Shown: positions 31,641 to 41,370, counted from the stretch's first letter. The stretch is 64,000 bases of DNA from Nitrospirota bacterium (GCA_040758355.1 JBFLWF010000008.1:1-64000); one strand, 5' to 3'. The notes: a model not told the origin generated them from the letters alone. Numbers and translations: made by a program.

Positions 31641-32794
31641 TTAAATATGGGTTGTGCTGTCCTGAGTTCTTCAGGCCAGACAATCTCCTTTTTGCCCTTC
31701 TGCCACTGGATGATAAGATTAAAGTGTTTTATCTGCATTCCTGTCCTGTCAACGCCGTACCTGCCTATTATGGTCATTGTATCCATTGCAGATAGAATAT
31801 CCCTTAGTCTATTCCTGTCAAGGTTCCCTGACCTTTTCAGTGCAGTCTCCAGTATCTGCCCTGTAGCATAGGCAACTGCAGCATGGTATGAGGGGTCTTC
31901 TTTATATGTCTTTGTGTATGAGATATAAAACTCATGACAGCCGGGAAGGGTTAATCTACCATGGTGTTCCCACTGTGATGAAGAAAAGACATAATCTGCA
32001 TCAGCCTTAAGCACATCAAGGAATTTACGAAGGACAGGGCCAACAGAGGCGTAGTATGCCTTTGGCTGCCATTCGATGTTCTTGAGGGAAAGCCGCATAT
32101 TCACAGCCTCATCAAAATGACCGCACACAATCAAGACCTGTGCCCTTGACGCCTTCACCTTTTGTGCCATATCGTCAAGATTTTTTGTCCCTTTTTTAAA
32201 ACCCTCAAATAAAAGGACATTAAATCCAAACCTCAATGCCCATTTTTTTGCGCCGCTGGCAACATCCTTTGAAAAGGAATCATCCGCATGCACAATGGCA
32301 ATGTCTCTATAACCATTCATAGTCAACAGTTCAAGAAAACCCGCAGCATATTTGCTTGCAGGAGCATAGGTGCCAAAGACATATTCATAGCCCTTCTGCC
32401 ATAGTCTGTCTGAAGAGGCACCTGCTGCAAGAACAGGATAGCCGTATTGTTCCGTTACAGGAAGTATTGCCTCTGTTATCTCGCTGGAATAGGGGCTGAA
32501 GACGAAGTCAACCCTGTCTTTAAGTATGAGATGCTCATAAAGGGATCTCGATGTCAGCGGTTCGCTTTTGTCATCGTATATAACAAGGCGAACATTTCTT
32601 CCGAGGATGCCGCCTTTGCTGTTTACATGATCCTCCCACAGCCTGAAGCCCTTCATCTGCATATCGGACATCACGGCATATTTGCCTGTAAGGCCGAGGG
32701 TGAGGCCGATTTTGATGGGTTCTGACGCATAGGCAGGCTTCAACAATAGACAGAATAAAATTAGTTTCAAAACCAATAGACCGAACTTTTTCAT
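31637..32794 (-). CDS. LivK-type periplasmic binding protein, probably the partner of the adjacent kinase
   Basis: Signal peptide; INSKGGILG-type and YDDKS motifs; 4-nt overlap with the kinase gene. Confidence 0.85.
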   Translation of the reverse strand: MKKFGLLVLKLILFCLLLKPAYASEPIKIGLTLGLTGKYAVMSDMQMKGFRLWEDHVNSKGGILGRNVRLVIYDDKSEPLTSRSLYEHLILKDRVDFVFSPYSSEITEAILPVTEQYGYPVLAAGASSDRLWQKGYEYVFGTYAPASKYAAGFLELLTMNGYRDIAIVHADDSFSKDVASGAKKWALRFGFNVLLFEGFKKGTKNLDDMAQKVKASRAQVLIVCGHFDEAVNMRLSLKNIEWQPKAYYASVGPVLRKFLDVLKADADYVFSSSQWEHHGRLTLPGCHEFYISYTKTYKEDPSYHAAVAYATGQILETALKRSGNLDRNRLRDILSAMDTMTIIGRYGVDRTGMQIKHFNLIIQWQKGKKEIVWPEELRTAQPIFK

Positions 32795-32894
32795 AGAATA
32801 TTATATCAGATTATTTTTGTGAACAAACTGTTCACACATACTTCACAGGAAAAGTTTTTATAAATCAGGGGATTGTTAAAAATTCATTTTTTGC

Positions 32895-32948
32895 TTGACA
32901 AGCACAATATATTGTGGTTAAATGTCTCTGGCAACACAAAATATGTAA
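32895..32948 (+). promoter_or_regulatory. nrdJ promoter with tandem NrdR boxes
   Basis: TTGACA-N17-TTAAAT; palindrome CACAATATATTGTG (32903-16) and a weaker CACAAAATATGTAA 32 bp downstream. Confidence 0.75.
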
Positions 32949-33012
32949 ATATGGTTGTTTTTAAAATATTCAGCTAATAACGCAAAATAATAAACCTAAA
33001 GGGGGAATTTTT

Positions 33013-35271
33013 ATGAAGCAAGCAGAAAGCGTCTTTAATCTGTCGCAAAATGCCTTGACAGTCCTGGAGAAGAGGTATCTCAAGAGGAATGAGGAGGGGA
33101 AGGTAATAGAGACCCCCGAATCGCTCTTCAGAAGGGTCGCAAGGCATGTGGCATCAGCAGACGCCCTCTACGGCAAGGCAGAGGTAGAGGTGAAACGGGT
33201 TGAGGAAGAATTCTACGAATTGATGACATCCCTCGTATTTCTTCCAAACAGCCCCACGCTCATGAACGCGGGAAGGAGATTGGGCCAGCTCTCTGCATGC
33301 TTTGTCCTGCCTGTGGACGACTCCATGGAATCAATATTCGATGCAGTTAAGTATGCTGCAATTATCCATAAATCAGGCGGCGGAACAGGCTTCAGCTTTT
33401 CGAGGTTAAGGCCAAAGGGCGATGTTGTCGGCTCCACAAAGGGCATATCCTCCGGGCCAGTATCATTCATGACAGTCTTTGATACGGCAACAGAGGCTGT
33501 CAAGCAGGGCGGCACGAGAAGGGGCGCCAATATGGGCATGCTCAGGGTTGACCATCCTGACATACTCGAATTCATCACCTGCAAGGACAGCAACCACAGG
33601 CTCAATAACTTCAATATCTCCGTAGGACTTACAGAGGCATTCATGAAGGCAGTCGAAGATGACAGCGAATACGACCTTATCAATCCGAGGACTAAAAAAG
33701 TAGTCAGTAAGCTCAGGGCAAGGACAGTATTCGAGACAATAGTAAAACAGGCATGGAAAAACGGAGAGCCCGGAATAGTATTCCTCGACAGGATAAATGC
33801 ATCCAATCCAACGCCGATGCTCGGCGAGATAGAGTCCACAAATCCATGCGGAGAGCAGCCCCTAATGCCTTATGAATCATGCAACTTGGGCTCAATAAAC
33901 CTTGCAAAGATGGTAAAACAGAGCAGCAATCAGCAATCAGCAGTCAGCAATCAGTGTGAAGTTGATTGGGCAAAGCTCAAGGAAACCACATGGAAGGCAG
34001 TGCACTTCCTCGACAATGTCATAGATGTAAACAAATATCCCCTTAAGCTCATAGATGAGATGACAAAGGCCAACAGGAAGATAGGCCTCGGCGTTATGGG
34101 ATGGGCTGACATGCTCATCCAGTTAAAAATTCCATATAACTCAGAAAGCGCAATAAAGCTTGCAGAAGAAGTGATGGGATACATACAGTCAGAGGGGAGG
34201 ATTGCATCCAGCGCACTTGCAGAGGAAAGGGGCGTATTCCCGAATTATGAGCACAGCATATACAACGGCGAGATGGCTGTAAGGAATGCAACAGTAACAA
34301 CCATTGCACCTACAGGCAGCCTCTCCATCATTGCAGGATGCTCATCTGGAATAGAGCCTCTCTTTGCAGTATCCTTTGTGAGAAATGTAATGGAGGGCAC
34401 AAAGCTCATAGAGGTCAATCCATATTTCGAGCAAGAGGCAAAGGCAACCGGTTTGTGGAGCAGGGAGCTTATGGAAAAGATTGCAGATTCTGGCTCCATT
34501 ACCCATTTTACTGAATTCAATGAAGAGATGAAGGGTGTATTTGTGACAGCCCATGACATCACACCCACAGACCATATAAAGATGCAGTCGGCATTCCAGA
34601 AATATATTGACAATGCTGTTTCAAAGACAGTGAACTTCCCTCATGCAGCAACGACAAAGGATGTTGAGGATGTCTATATGCTTGCATACAAAACAGGATG
34701 CAAGGGTGTGACCGTTTACAGGGACGGATCAAGGGAAGAACAGGTCCTCAGCACAAAGAAGGCAGATGAAAAGGCAAAGCAGGAAACAGGCGGAAAGGTT
34801 GTGCCCAAAAAGAGGCCGTCTGTCATCAAGGGTGCAACAAGGCTTCTGAAGACAGGCTGCGGACATCTCTACGTGACCATCAACGAGGATGAAAACGGCA
34901 AGCCATTTGAGGTATTCACAAACATTGGCAAGGCTGGCGGCTGCGCATCGAGCCAGTCAGAGGCAATCGGAAGGCTCATATCCCTTTCTCTCAGGTCTAA
35001 TATCGAGCCTGAAGAGATAGTTAAACAGTTGAAGGGAATATCATGCCACCAGCCCTCATGGACAGAAGGCGGCAAGATACTTTCATGCTCTGATGCAATT
35101 GCAAAGGCAATAGAGAAATACGCACATGCTGCAAAAGGCGATAATGGTAACGGCAAGTCCAAATACAATGAGGTTATGCTCATAGGCGCATGCCCCGAGT
35201 GCGGCGGCGCTGTTGAGCACGAGGGCGGCTGCGCAGTCTGCCATAACTGCGGATTCACAAAATGCGGGTAA
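33013..35271 (+). CDS. nrdJ: Class II (B12-dependent) ribonucleotide reductase with C-terminal Zn-ribbon
   Basis: PNSPTLMNAG, SACF, TNPCGEQ, CNLGS, TIAPTG and CPECG...CHNCG motifs. Confidence 0.96.
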   Translation: MKQAESVFNLSQNALTVLEKRYLKRNEEGKVIETPESLFRRVARHVASADALYGKAEVEVKRVEEEFYELMTSLVFLPNSPTLMNAGRRLGQLSACFVLPVDDSMESIFDAVKYAAIIHKSGGGTGFSFSRLRPKGDVVGSTKGISSGPVSFMTVFDTATEAVKQGGTRRGANMGMLRVDHPDILEFITCKDSNHRLNNFNISVGLTEAFMKAVEDDSEYDLINPRTKKVVSKLRARTVFETIVKQAWKNGEPGIVFLDRINASNPTPMLGEIESTNPCGEQPLMPYESCNLGSINLAKMVKQSSNQQSAVSNQCEVDWAKLKETTWKAVHFLDNVIDVNKYPLKLIDEMTKANRKIGLGVMGWADMLIQLKIPYNSESAIKLAEEVMGYIQSEGRIASSALAEERGVFPNYEHSIYNGEMAVRNATVTTIAPTGSLSIIAGCSSGIEPLFAVSFVRNVMEGTKLIEVNPYFEQEAKATGLWSRELMEKIADSGSITHFTEFNEEMKGVFVTAHDITPTDHIKMQSAFQKYIDNAVSKTVNFPHAATTKDVEDVYMLAYKTGCKGVTVYRDGSREEQVLSTKKADEKAKQETGGKVVPKKRPSVIKGATRLLKTGCGHLYVTINEDENGKPFEVFTNIGKAGGCASSQSEAIGRLISLSLRSNIEPEEIVKQLKGISCHQPSWTEGGKILSCSDAIAKAIEKYAHAAKGDNGNGKSKYNEVMLIGACPECGGAVEHEGGCAVCHNCGFTKCG
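33924..33954. repeat. In-frame CAGCART x4 array in nrdJ
   Basis: CAGCAAT CAGCAAT CAGCAGT CAGCAAT CAG; peptide SNQQSAVSNQ. Confidence 0.9.
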
Positions 35272-35287
35272 GCCGCTTATTATGACT

Positions 35288-35454
35288 AAAAATGCAGGGT
35301 ATAGTATTTTCGCTCATTCTCGAAAGGCATCCGGATTATTGTCCGAAAAGTCCTCAGACTTTTCGGTGGTCTCCGAGGCTGAGCCAGCCCGCTTAGACAT
35401 CCATGTCACGCATGGGCTGCCTAAGTCCGCTCAAATACTACACCCTGCATTTTT
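35288..35454. mobile_element. MITE/REP-like palindromic element between nrdJ and the dCMP deaminase gene
   Basis: 22-bp terminal IR AAAAATGCAGGGTRTAGTATTT (1 mismatch); inner hairpins CCGAAAAGTC/GACTTTTCGG and GACATCCATGTC. Confidence 0.75.
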
Positions 35455-35477
35455 TATTTAAGGATAAAGGAGAAAAT

Positions 35478-35984
35478 ATGAGTGGGAATAATGGAAATAA
35501 CGGAAATGGAAAGTTTGTAAGGCCGGGTTGGGAGGAGTATTTTTTAGAAATTGCAAAAGTTGTATCTTCACGCTCGACCTGTTTGAGAAGGCGGTATGGC
35601 GCTGTAATTGTGAAGGACAATGTTATTGTGAGCACGGGATACAACGGCGCTCCAAGAGGCTCTGTGAACTGCGTTGACAGGGGAAGCTGCAGGAGAAAGG
35701 AGCTCAATGTACCTGCTGGCGAGAGATACGAGCTCTGCGAGGCAGTTCATGCAGAGCAAAACGCTGTCATCAACGGCTCTCCTGAAAGAATGAAAGAGGC
35801 AACCATCTATATAGCGGGATTTGAGGAGGATGAAACCTTTGCAGACGGAAAGCCATGCCTTTTATGCCGCCGCATGATACAGAACGCAATGATAAAAGAA
35901 GTCGTCTATCTTAAAAAAGACGGCAGCATTGTGAAGGTGGGGGATGTGAGGGAACTGGAATCGCCTTTGGCTGTCGGAGGGTAA
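35478..35984 (+). CDS. dCMP deaminase family protein
   Basis: RSTCLRR, TGYNG, HAEQN and PCLLC motifs; AAGGAG SD before ATG 35478. Confidence 0.92.
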   Translation: MSGNNGNNGNGKFVRPGWEEYFLEIAKVVSSRSTCLRRRYGAVIVKDNVIVSTGYNGAPRGSVNCVDRGSCRRKELNVPAGERYELCEAVHAEQNAVINGSPERMKEATIYIAGFEEDETFADGKPCLLCRRMIQNAMIKEVVYLKKDGSIVKVGDVRELESPLAVGG

Positions 35985-35988
35985 AAGC

Positions 35989-36017
35989 TTGATAAATGAT
36001 TACGAATGTAGTATATT
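35989..36017 (+). promoter_or_regulatory. Promoter of the PIN TA operon (leaderless)
   Basis: TTGATA-N17-TATATT; ATG 6 nt later with no SD. Confidence 0.6.
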
Positions 36018-36023
36018 GTAAAC

Positions 36024-36518
36024 ATGGAAGTAGTTTTTGACGCATCAACGCTGATTCTGCTTGCAAAAATAGAACTGCTAAGGGAATTGGCAGGGGAGAT
36101 TAAGATTATTATTTCAGAAAAGGTTAAGGCAGAATGTCTTGCAAAAGAAGGAATTGATGCTAAGTTAATTGCAACGCTTATTAAAGAAAAGAAAATCGAA
36201 GTAAAGAAAACCGGCAATGCAGAGATAATCAAAAAGATTCAACGCGATTTTAGAATTGACGCTGGCGAAGCAGAGTCTTTGCTGCTGGCGAGAAAAATGG
36301 AATGTCCATTAGCTGTTGATGATGGCCCGACAATAAAAGCATGCAAGGTCTTAGGGCAGCAATTTATAACTGCAATTCATTTTCTATTAAACCTTGCTTT
36401 GAATAATAAATTACAACTGCCTATTTCTTTGGTAAAGCTCGAAAAGCTATCTATTTACGGCAGATACAGCAAACGGATAATTGAAGATGCTACAAAACGT
36501 CTAAAAGGAGGTAACTAA
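36024..36518 (+). CDS. PIN-domain protein (DUF3368-like), putative toxin
   Basis: VVFDASTLI, GEAESL and AVDD acidic PIN motifs. Confidence 0.8.
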   Translation: MEVVFDASTLILLAKIELLRELAGEIKIIISEKVKAECLAKEGIDAKLIATLIKEKKIEVKKTGNAEIIKKIQRDFRIDAGEAESLLLARKMECPLAVDDGPTIKACKVLGQQFITAIHFLLNLALNNKLQLPISLVKLEKLSIYGRYSKRIIEDATKRLKGGN

Positions 36519-36805
36519 TGGGTGTTATAAGCCTAAGATTAAAGGACAGAGATCTGGAAAGGCTTCAGGAACTCTCCAAGCTTGAGCATAAGGATAAATC
36601 GACTGTAGCTCGTGAGCTTATAGAATATGGGTGGGATTTTTTGATGGTTAAGCATTACAAAGAAGGAAAGCTTTCTTTGGGAGGGCTTGCTAAAAAGCTT
36701 GATATATCAATAAGCGAGACTATAGATTTGCTTGCCGAACTCGGGATAGAAGCCCCGATAGAGTTTGAAGATTATCTTAAGGGGTTTGAGGTTTTTAAAT
36801 CTTGA
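36518..36805 (+). CDS. UPF0175-like RHH/HTH antitoxin
   Basis: ISLRL...KSTVARELI and YKEGKLSLGGLAKKL motifs; coupled to the PIN gene. Confidence 0.75.
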   Translation: MGVISLRLKDRDLERLQELSKLEHKDKSTVARELIEYGWDFLMVKHYKEGKLSLGGLAKKLDISISETIDLLAELGIEAPIEFEDYLKGFEVFKS

Positions 36806-36870
36806 AGTTTGAAGATGTTTTTGGTTGCGAGGATAGAGAAGGAGTTTAAAGGAGCAAAAAATTAAAATAT

Positions 36871-38694
36871 ATGAGATTAATATCTATTTATATAAAAAAT
36901 ATTCTACCAGTAAAACTTTTTAATGTTGATGACCTTTCGGATGTCATAGTTATAGCTGGTCCAAACGGTGTAGGTAAAACAAGGCTTATTCAAGGATTAC
37001 TGCAATATTTTCAGCAACCTCGTCCAAATTCAAATATTCGGTTAGTTTTAGAGGCGACTTGTGAGGATGAACGTAATGATTGGGGGAAAAACAGAATAGA
37101 TACAAACCTGCCAGAAGATTGCCAGAAATTAGTGCAAACTTTACAAAAAGGACGTAGACGTAGAAATTGGAAAAGCAGTGTCTTAAATTTTGAAAGTGAT
37201 CGCACTATTCAACAAATAAATCCTTTTCAATTTAGTTGGGATAATTTAGACCCTTGGGAAGAATCTGTTGGTTGGAGCATGACATTTGGTGGGCTCAGGG
37301 CGAGGTTTCAAGACACCCTTCATTCTATCTTCAGAAAAGTCGCAAGTCAAAGAGAGCAAATCGCACGAAAAGCCGAGGAGCTTATGAAACAAGGGGAAAA
37401 ACAAATGGATTTGGATTTTCCTGACCCATTAGAGCCTTTTAAGCATGCTTTCAGCCAACTACTTGCACCCAAAAAACTATTAGATGCTGAACCTAAAAGG
37501 CAACAATTAGATTATATATATGATGGTCGACATTTCTCGATTGATAGCCTAAGTTCAGGCGAAAGAGAAGTAGTTAATATAGCATTTGACTTCATTTTAA
37601 GGAATCCATCAGACTGTATAGTTTTTTTTGATGAGCCAGAACTGCACCTACATCCAGAGCTTAGTTATAAGCTGTTGCAAACCCTAAGATCTATCGGTTC
37701 TAATAATCAATTTATTTTAAGCACGCATTCTCCAGACATCATTACAGCTTCTTTAGATAATTCCGTCATATTTATAGCTGCCTCAACAGAACAAGAGAAT
37801 AATCAGGCTATTGTAGTAAAAGAAGATGATGAAACTAATCAAGCGTTAAAATCGCTTGGGCAGTCAATAGGTATTATAGCTCTTGGCAAGAAAATCGTAT
37901 TAATAGAAGGCAGTAGTACAAGTTTAGATAAGCAAGTTTATGGAATGATAATAAAGGATCGCTTCCCAAACCTTGTATTAGTGCCAAGTGGTGGCAAGAC
38001 CGCAATCACTTCTTTTTCGACTCTTGCTGATAATGTATTAGAACGTACAATTTGGGGTGTTGAATTTTTTATGTTATGTGATAGAGATGCCCTCTCACCT
38101 TCGAGCCTAAAAGAACTTAAACAGACTAATAATGGCCGCTTACGAGTTCTTGGAAGACATCATCTTGAGAATTATTTTATGGACGAAGATATATGGGCTA
38201 AAGTCTTTTCTTGTATGGAACCTGATGGATCATTACTTAGGTCGCCAACCGAAATAAAAAATAAGTTTAAAGAAATTGCAAGTGAGATGATTTCATATGC
38301 TGCTGCTCTTACGGTGTCTTCATGTTTCCGCGAACAAGTAGGGAAGTTGGATATTATGCCGAAAGACTGTTATGGCAAAAATGAAGAACAACTTATAGAG
38401 TTACTATCAAAGAAATCATCCGTGGAAAAAGTCAGAATAAATGGTATCCTTGATTCAGAAAAAGTAGTAATCGCTATTCGAGAAGCCGTGTCATTACTTA
38501 ATAAAAGCCTTACCGAAGATTCCGATGATTGGAAAAGCCTTATTCCCGGCAAGCAACTTTTAAATATATTTGCATCTAAAGTTAAAATGAATGTGGGTCG
38601 TTTAAAGCTTTTGTATTTGAAAGAGTCTGAAAAACAAGAATATAATCCTTTTGACGAAATTGTAAAAATATTTTCTGAATTTAATAGTTATTGA
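36871..38694 (+). CDS. ABC-type ATPase fused to a TOPRIM-like (DUF4435/OLD-like) nuclease; putative defence protein
   Basis: GPNGVGKT, LSSGE, DEPELHLHP and STHSP motifs; C-terminal IEG...GG...DRD...LENY; AT-rich. Confidence 0.8.
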   Translation: MRLISIYIKNILPVKLFNVDDLSDVIVIAGPNGVGKTRLIQGLLQYFQQPRPNSNIRLVLEATCEDERNDWGKNRIDTNLPEDCQKLVQTLQKGRRRRNWKSSVLNFESDRTIQQINPFQFSWDNLDPWEESVGWSMTFGGLRARFQDTLHSIFRKVASQREQIARKAEELMKQGEKQMDLDFPDPLEPFKHAFSQLLAPKKLLDAEPKRQQLDYIYDGRHFSIDSLSSGEREVVNIAFDFILRNPSDCIVFFDEPELHLHPELSYKLLQTLRSIGSNNQFILSTHSPDIITASLDNSVIFIAASTEQENNQAIVVKEDDETNQALKSLGQSIGIIALGKKIVLIEGSSTSLDKQVYGMIIKDRFPNLVLVPSGGKTAITSFSTLADNVLERTIWGVEFFMLCDRDALSPSSLKELKQTNNGRLRVLGRHHLENYFMDEDIWAKVFSCMEPDGSLLRSPTEIKNKFKEIASEMISYAAALTVSSCFREQVGKLDIMPKDCYGKNEEQLIELLSKKSSVEKVRINGILDSEKVVIAIREAVSLLNKSLTEDSDDWKSLIPGKQLLNIFASKVKMNVGRLKLLYLKESEKQEYNPFDEIVKIFSEFNSY

Positions 38695-38698
38695 ATTT

Positions 38699-38761
38699 AT
38701 GCTATCTAAAAACACAATAATCCTCGGCGATAGTCGGAATATGAGCGAACCGAAGGAGTAA
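38699..38761 (+). pseudogene. 5' stub of a DNA methyltransferase
   Basis: MLSKNTIILGDSRNMSEPKE*. Confidence 0.55.
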
Positions 38762-38772
38762 AGGAAATAAAA

Positions 38773-39729
38773 ATGCAAAGTTTATCAAAAATCAGAAAGA
38801 AAAAATTCAGGTATCCCAAAGCGGCTAAAGAATATTTAACTGTAAGAGAAACGCAGGCTGTATATTCAAGTAAAATAGATATTCCGTATCAAAGAGCTTG
38901 CAACTGCAAGCCTACTCATATAAATTGTCAGACCCCTAAAGATTGGATAAAATCTCAACTGGGTGTTTGGCAGTTTACATACGAAAAAAGAGACATAAGA
39001 GACAGACAGCTACATCCAGCCACCTTTCCGATTTCCCTTGCAAGAAAAGTAATAGAGCTTTTCAGTCATCGTGGAGAACTGGTTTTAGATCCATTTGTGG
39101 GTTCAGGAACAACATTGTTAGCGGCACAGGATTGCGGCAGAAATGCAATCGGTTTTGACCTGAAAAAAGAATATGTAGATTTATGCAGTCAGCGTCTAAA
39201 ACAGAATTCACTTTTCGGTAATACAAAACAAATAGCAATACAAGATGATGCTTTTAATATCCCTGCATATTTAGAAGAAGAGACAGTAAAGTTGATTTTC
39301 ACATCGCCGCCGTATGCAAACTTACTGAACAGGGCAAGGAAGAATAAAAGCCGTAGGGGTGACGAAAGAAAAAATGGACAATATTTGAAGGTTGAGCAGT
39401 ATAGCCAAGACCCGAGAGACCTTGGAACAATGAGCCTTGAAAAATATACTAAGGAGATGGGAGATATCTACGAGCGTTTACTGCCGTTCTTAAAACCTAA
39501 GGGCCACTGTGTTATAAATGTTCCAGATATGTGGTGGGAAAATAAAAGGATAACTATCCATATAGCGTTAGTTGAGGAATTAAGGAAACGCGGATATGAG
39601 TTGAGAAACATTATTATATGGGACAGGACTAATATTGTAAATCGCATAGGAATTTTCGGCTGGCCTTCCAATTATATTACGATGGGAACAACCTTTGAAT
39701 ATCTGCTTGATTTTTGGAGGCCTGAATAA
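38773..39729 (+). CDS. Amino-methyltransferase (probably N4-cytosine)
   Basis: HPATFP, DPFVGSGTT, then TSPPY. Confidence 0.9.
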   Translation: MQSLSKIRKKKFRYPKAAKEYLTVRETQAVYSSKIDIPYQRACNCKPTHINCQTPKDWIKSQLGVWQFTYEKRDIRDRQLHPATFPISLARKVIELFSHRGELVLDPFVGSGTTLLAAQDCGRNAIGFDLKKEYVDLCSQRLKQNSLFGNTKQIAIQDDAFNIPAYLEEETVKLIFTSPPYANLLNRARKNKSRRGDERKNGQYLKVEQYSQDPRDLGTMSLEKYTKEMGDIYERLLPFLKPKGHCVINVPDMWWENKRITIHIALVEELRKRGYELRNIIIWDRTNIVNRIGIFGWPSNYITMGTTFEYLLDFWRPE

Positions 39730-39731
39730 CT

Positions 39732-40541
39732 ATGGTGAAACTCTTTAATAAAGAAGAATTAATTGAAGAAATAAGAAAAATCTTTGAATCGGGCTGGATA
39801 AAGAGCGTAAAAAGAACAGTTGATAAAAGAAACGATGGAGCCGTCGGTAACACCTTGGAATCCTTGCTTGGCATCATGGAAAATAATTTACCGTTACCAA
39901 ATGCGCGTGAGTGGGAACTTAAAGGGCAAAGAAAGCATAGCACTTCTCTGGTGACTTTAAAACATATAGAACCGTCGCCCACTGGTGCGAGAATTGTTTC
40001 AAGTATTTTACTTCCTTTATACGGCTGGAAGCACAAAGAGGCTGGAAAGAGATATCCGGAGACAGAAAAAAGTTTCCGCTCTACAACGAATGCTACTACA
40101 CATACAAATCGTGGTTTTAGGGTTATCGTTGATAGAGATAAAAAGAAGGTTATTTTTGATTTTGATGCCTCCAAAGCTGACACATCTAATTCAGAGATAG
40201 CTGCATGGCTTAGAACAGTAGAAGAGCGAGTCGGTTTAGGTCCTATAAATCCTGAACCGTACTGGGCATTTGACGACCTAAAATATGCTATAGGCTCTAA
40301 AATCAAGAACTGTTTTTATGTGGTTGCTGACACCAAGATTGACAATAAGCATGAGTATTTTAAATACGAAAAGCTTCTTGTATTGTCTGGTTTTTCCTTT
40401 GATGAATTTTTGGATTGCGTTGAAAAAGGCTATGTATATGTTGATTTTGATGCAAGGACAGGACATAATCACGGCACAAAATTCAGGGTAAGGCAGAATA
40501 GTTGGCCTGAATTATATTCAGACATAAAAACAATAGTCTGA
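39732..40541 (+). CDS. MvaI/BcnI-family restriction endonuclease
   Basis: GAVGNTLESLLGIMENN, WELKG and HNHGTKFR motifs; next to the methylase. Confidence 0.85.
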   Translation: MVKLFNKEELIEEIRKIFESGWIKSVKRTVDKRNDGAVGNTLESLLGIMENNLPLPNAREWELKGQRKHSTSLVTLKHIEPSPTGARIVSSILLPLYGWKHKEAGKRYPETEKSFRSTTNATTHTNRGFRVIVDRDKKKVIFDFDASKADTSNSEIAAWLRTVEERVGLGPINPEPYWAFDDLKYAIGSKIKNCFYVVADTKIDNKHEYFKYEKLLVLSGFSFDEFLDCVEKGYVYVDFDARTGHNHGTKFRVRQNSWPELYSDIKTIV

Positions 40542-40553
40542 AGAATTTAAGAA

Positions 40554-40628
40554 ATGTTTACCCCCACCATAATCCTCGGCGACAGCAGAAACACTAACAA
40601 GATAAAGGACGAGAGCGTTAACGTATGA
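40554..40628 (+). pseudogene. Second 5' stub of a DNA methyltransferase
   Basis: MFTPTIILGDSRNTNKIKDESVNV*; stop overlaps the next ATG. Confidence 0.6.
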
Positions 40629-40942
40629 GTGAGTTTGAAGAAATAGAAGATGATTTAGAGTTTCTTAAAGAATTTCCGAAAGACGATAACGGCATGTATA
40701 TCGTCTATGACCGTTTTACTTTTGATAATCTATTCCGCTTGTTGCTGGAAAACAACTTTGATCATGAAGATGCTTTGATGTTCATGCTTGCGAATTGTGC
40801 AATGAGTGCACTTGTTTTTCAGGAGAGGATTCACAATGAAAGATACTTGGAACTTTCAGTAGAAGATGTATTGTCAGCAGACGAAGCTGCTCGCAGAGCG
40901 AAAGTCATCCACGATATATTGCAAATAGTTAAGGGCTCATAA
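40625..40942 (+). CDS. Acidic hypothetical protein
   Basis: 105-aa ORF coupled to both neighbours. Confidence 0.65.
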   Translation: MSEFEEIEDDLEFLKEFPKDDNGMYIVYDRFTFDNLFRLLLENNFDHEDALMFMLANCAMSALVFQERIHNERYLELSVEDVLSADEAARRAKVIHDILQIVKGS

Positions 40943-41340
40943 TGCTCCGACTCAGAGGCCATCATCTCATCTGTCTTCATTTCTTTTCAGGCGATGGCTA
41001 TGACGCTACGTTTATTGAAAACCTCAGGGATGTCCTGAAAAGGGCGGAAGATGAAGAGATAGATATTATCTCAACTGCCGATAATATCTGCACAAGATGT
41101 CCTTATCTCAAGGATTACAAATGCACATATGACGAAAAGGCTGATGAAGACATAAGAGAGATGGATGAAACAGCCCTCAAGCTTCTCAATCTTACTGCAG
41201 GTCAAAAGATAACATGGCAGGATTTAAAAAATCTTATTCCAGACATATTCCTTCAGTGGCATGACAGATACTGCAATGACTGTGACTGGAAGCAGGCCTG
41301 CGAGAAGAGCGATTTTTATCAGGAAATGAAAAGAAGATAA
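40942..41340 (+). CDS. DUF1284-like Cys/His-rich protein
   Basis: LRGHHLIC...GY, ICTRCP and CNDCDW motifs. Confidence 0.8.
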   Translation: MLRLRGHHLICLHFFSGDGYDATFIENLRDVLKRAEDEEIDIISTADNICTRCPYLKDYKCTYDEKADEDIREMDETALKLLNLTAGQKITWQDLKNLIPDIFLQWHDRYCNDCDWKQACEKSDFYQEMKRR

Positions 41341-41370
41341 AATGCTCGAAAATATTTTAAAATATCCTTT

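Noticed and set aside
32795..35271. Cobalamin riboswitch upstream of nrdJ, or an intein within it
   Set aside because: The leader is short and AT-rich with no B12-box, and the protein length and motifs are continuous; the only insert is the heptamer array.
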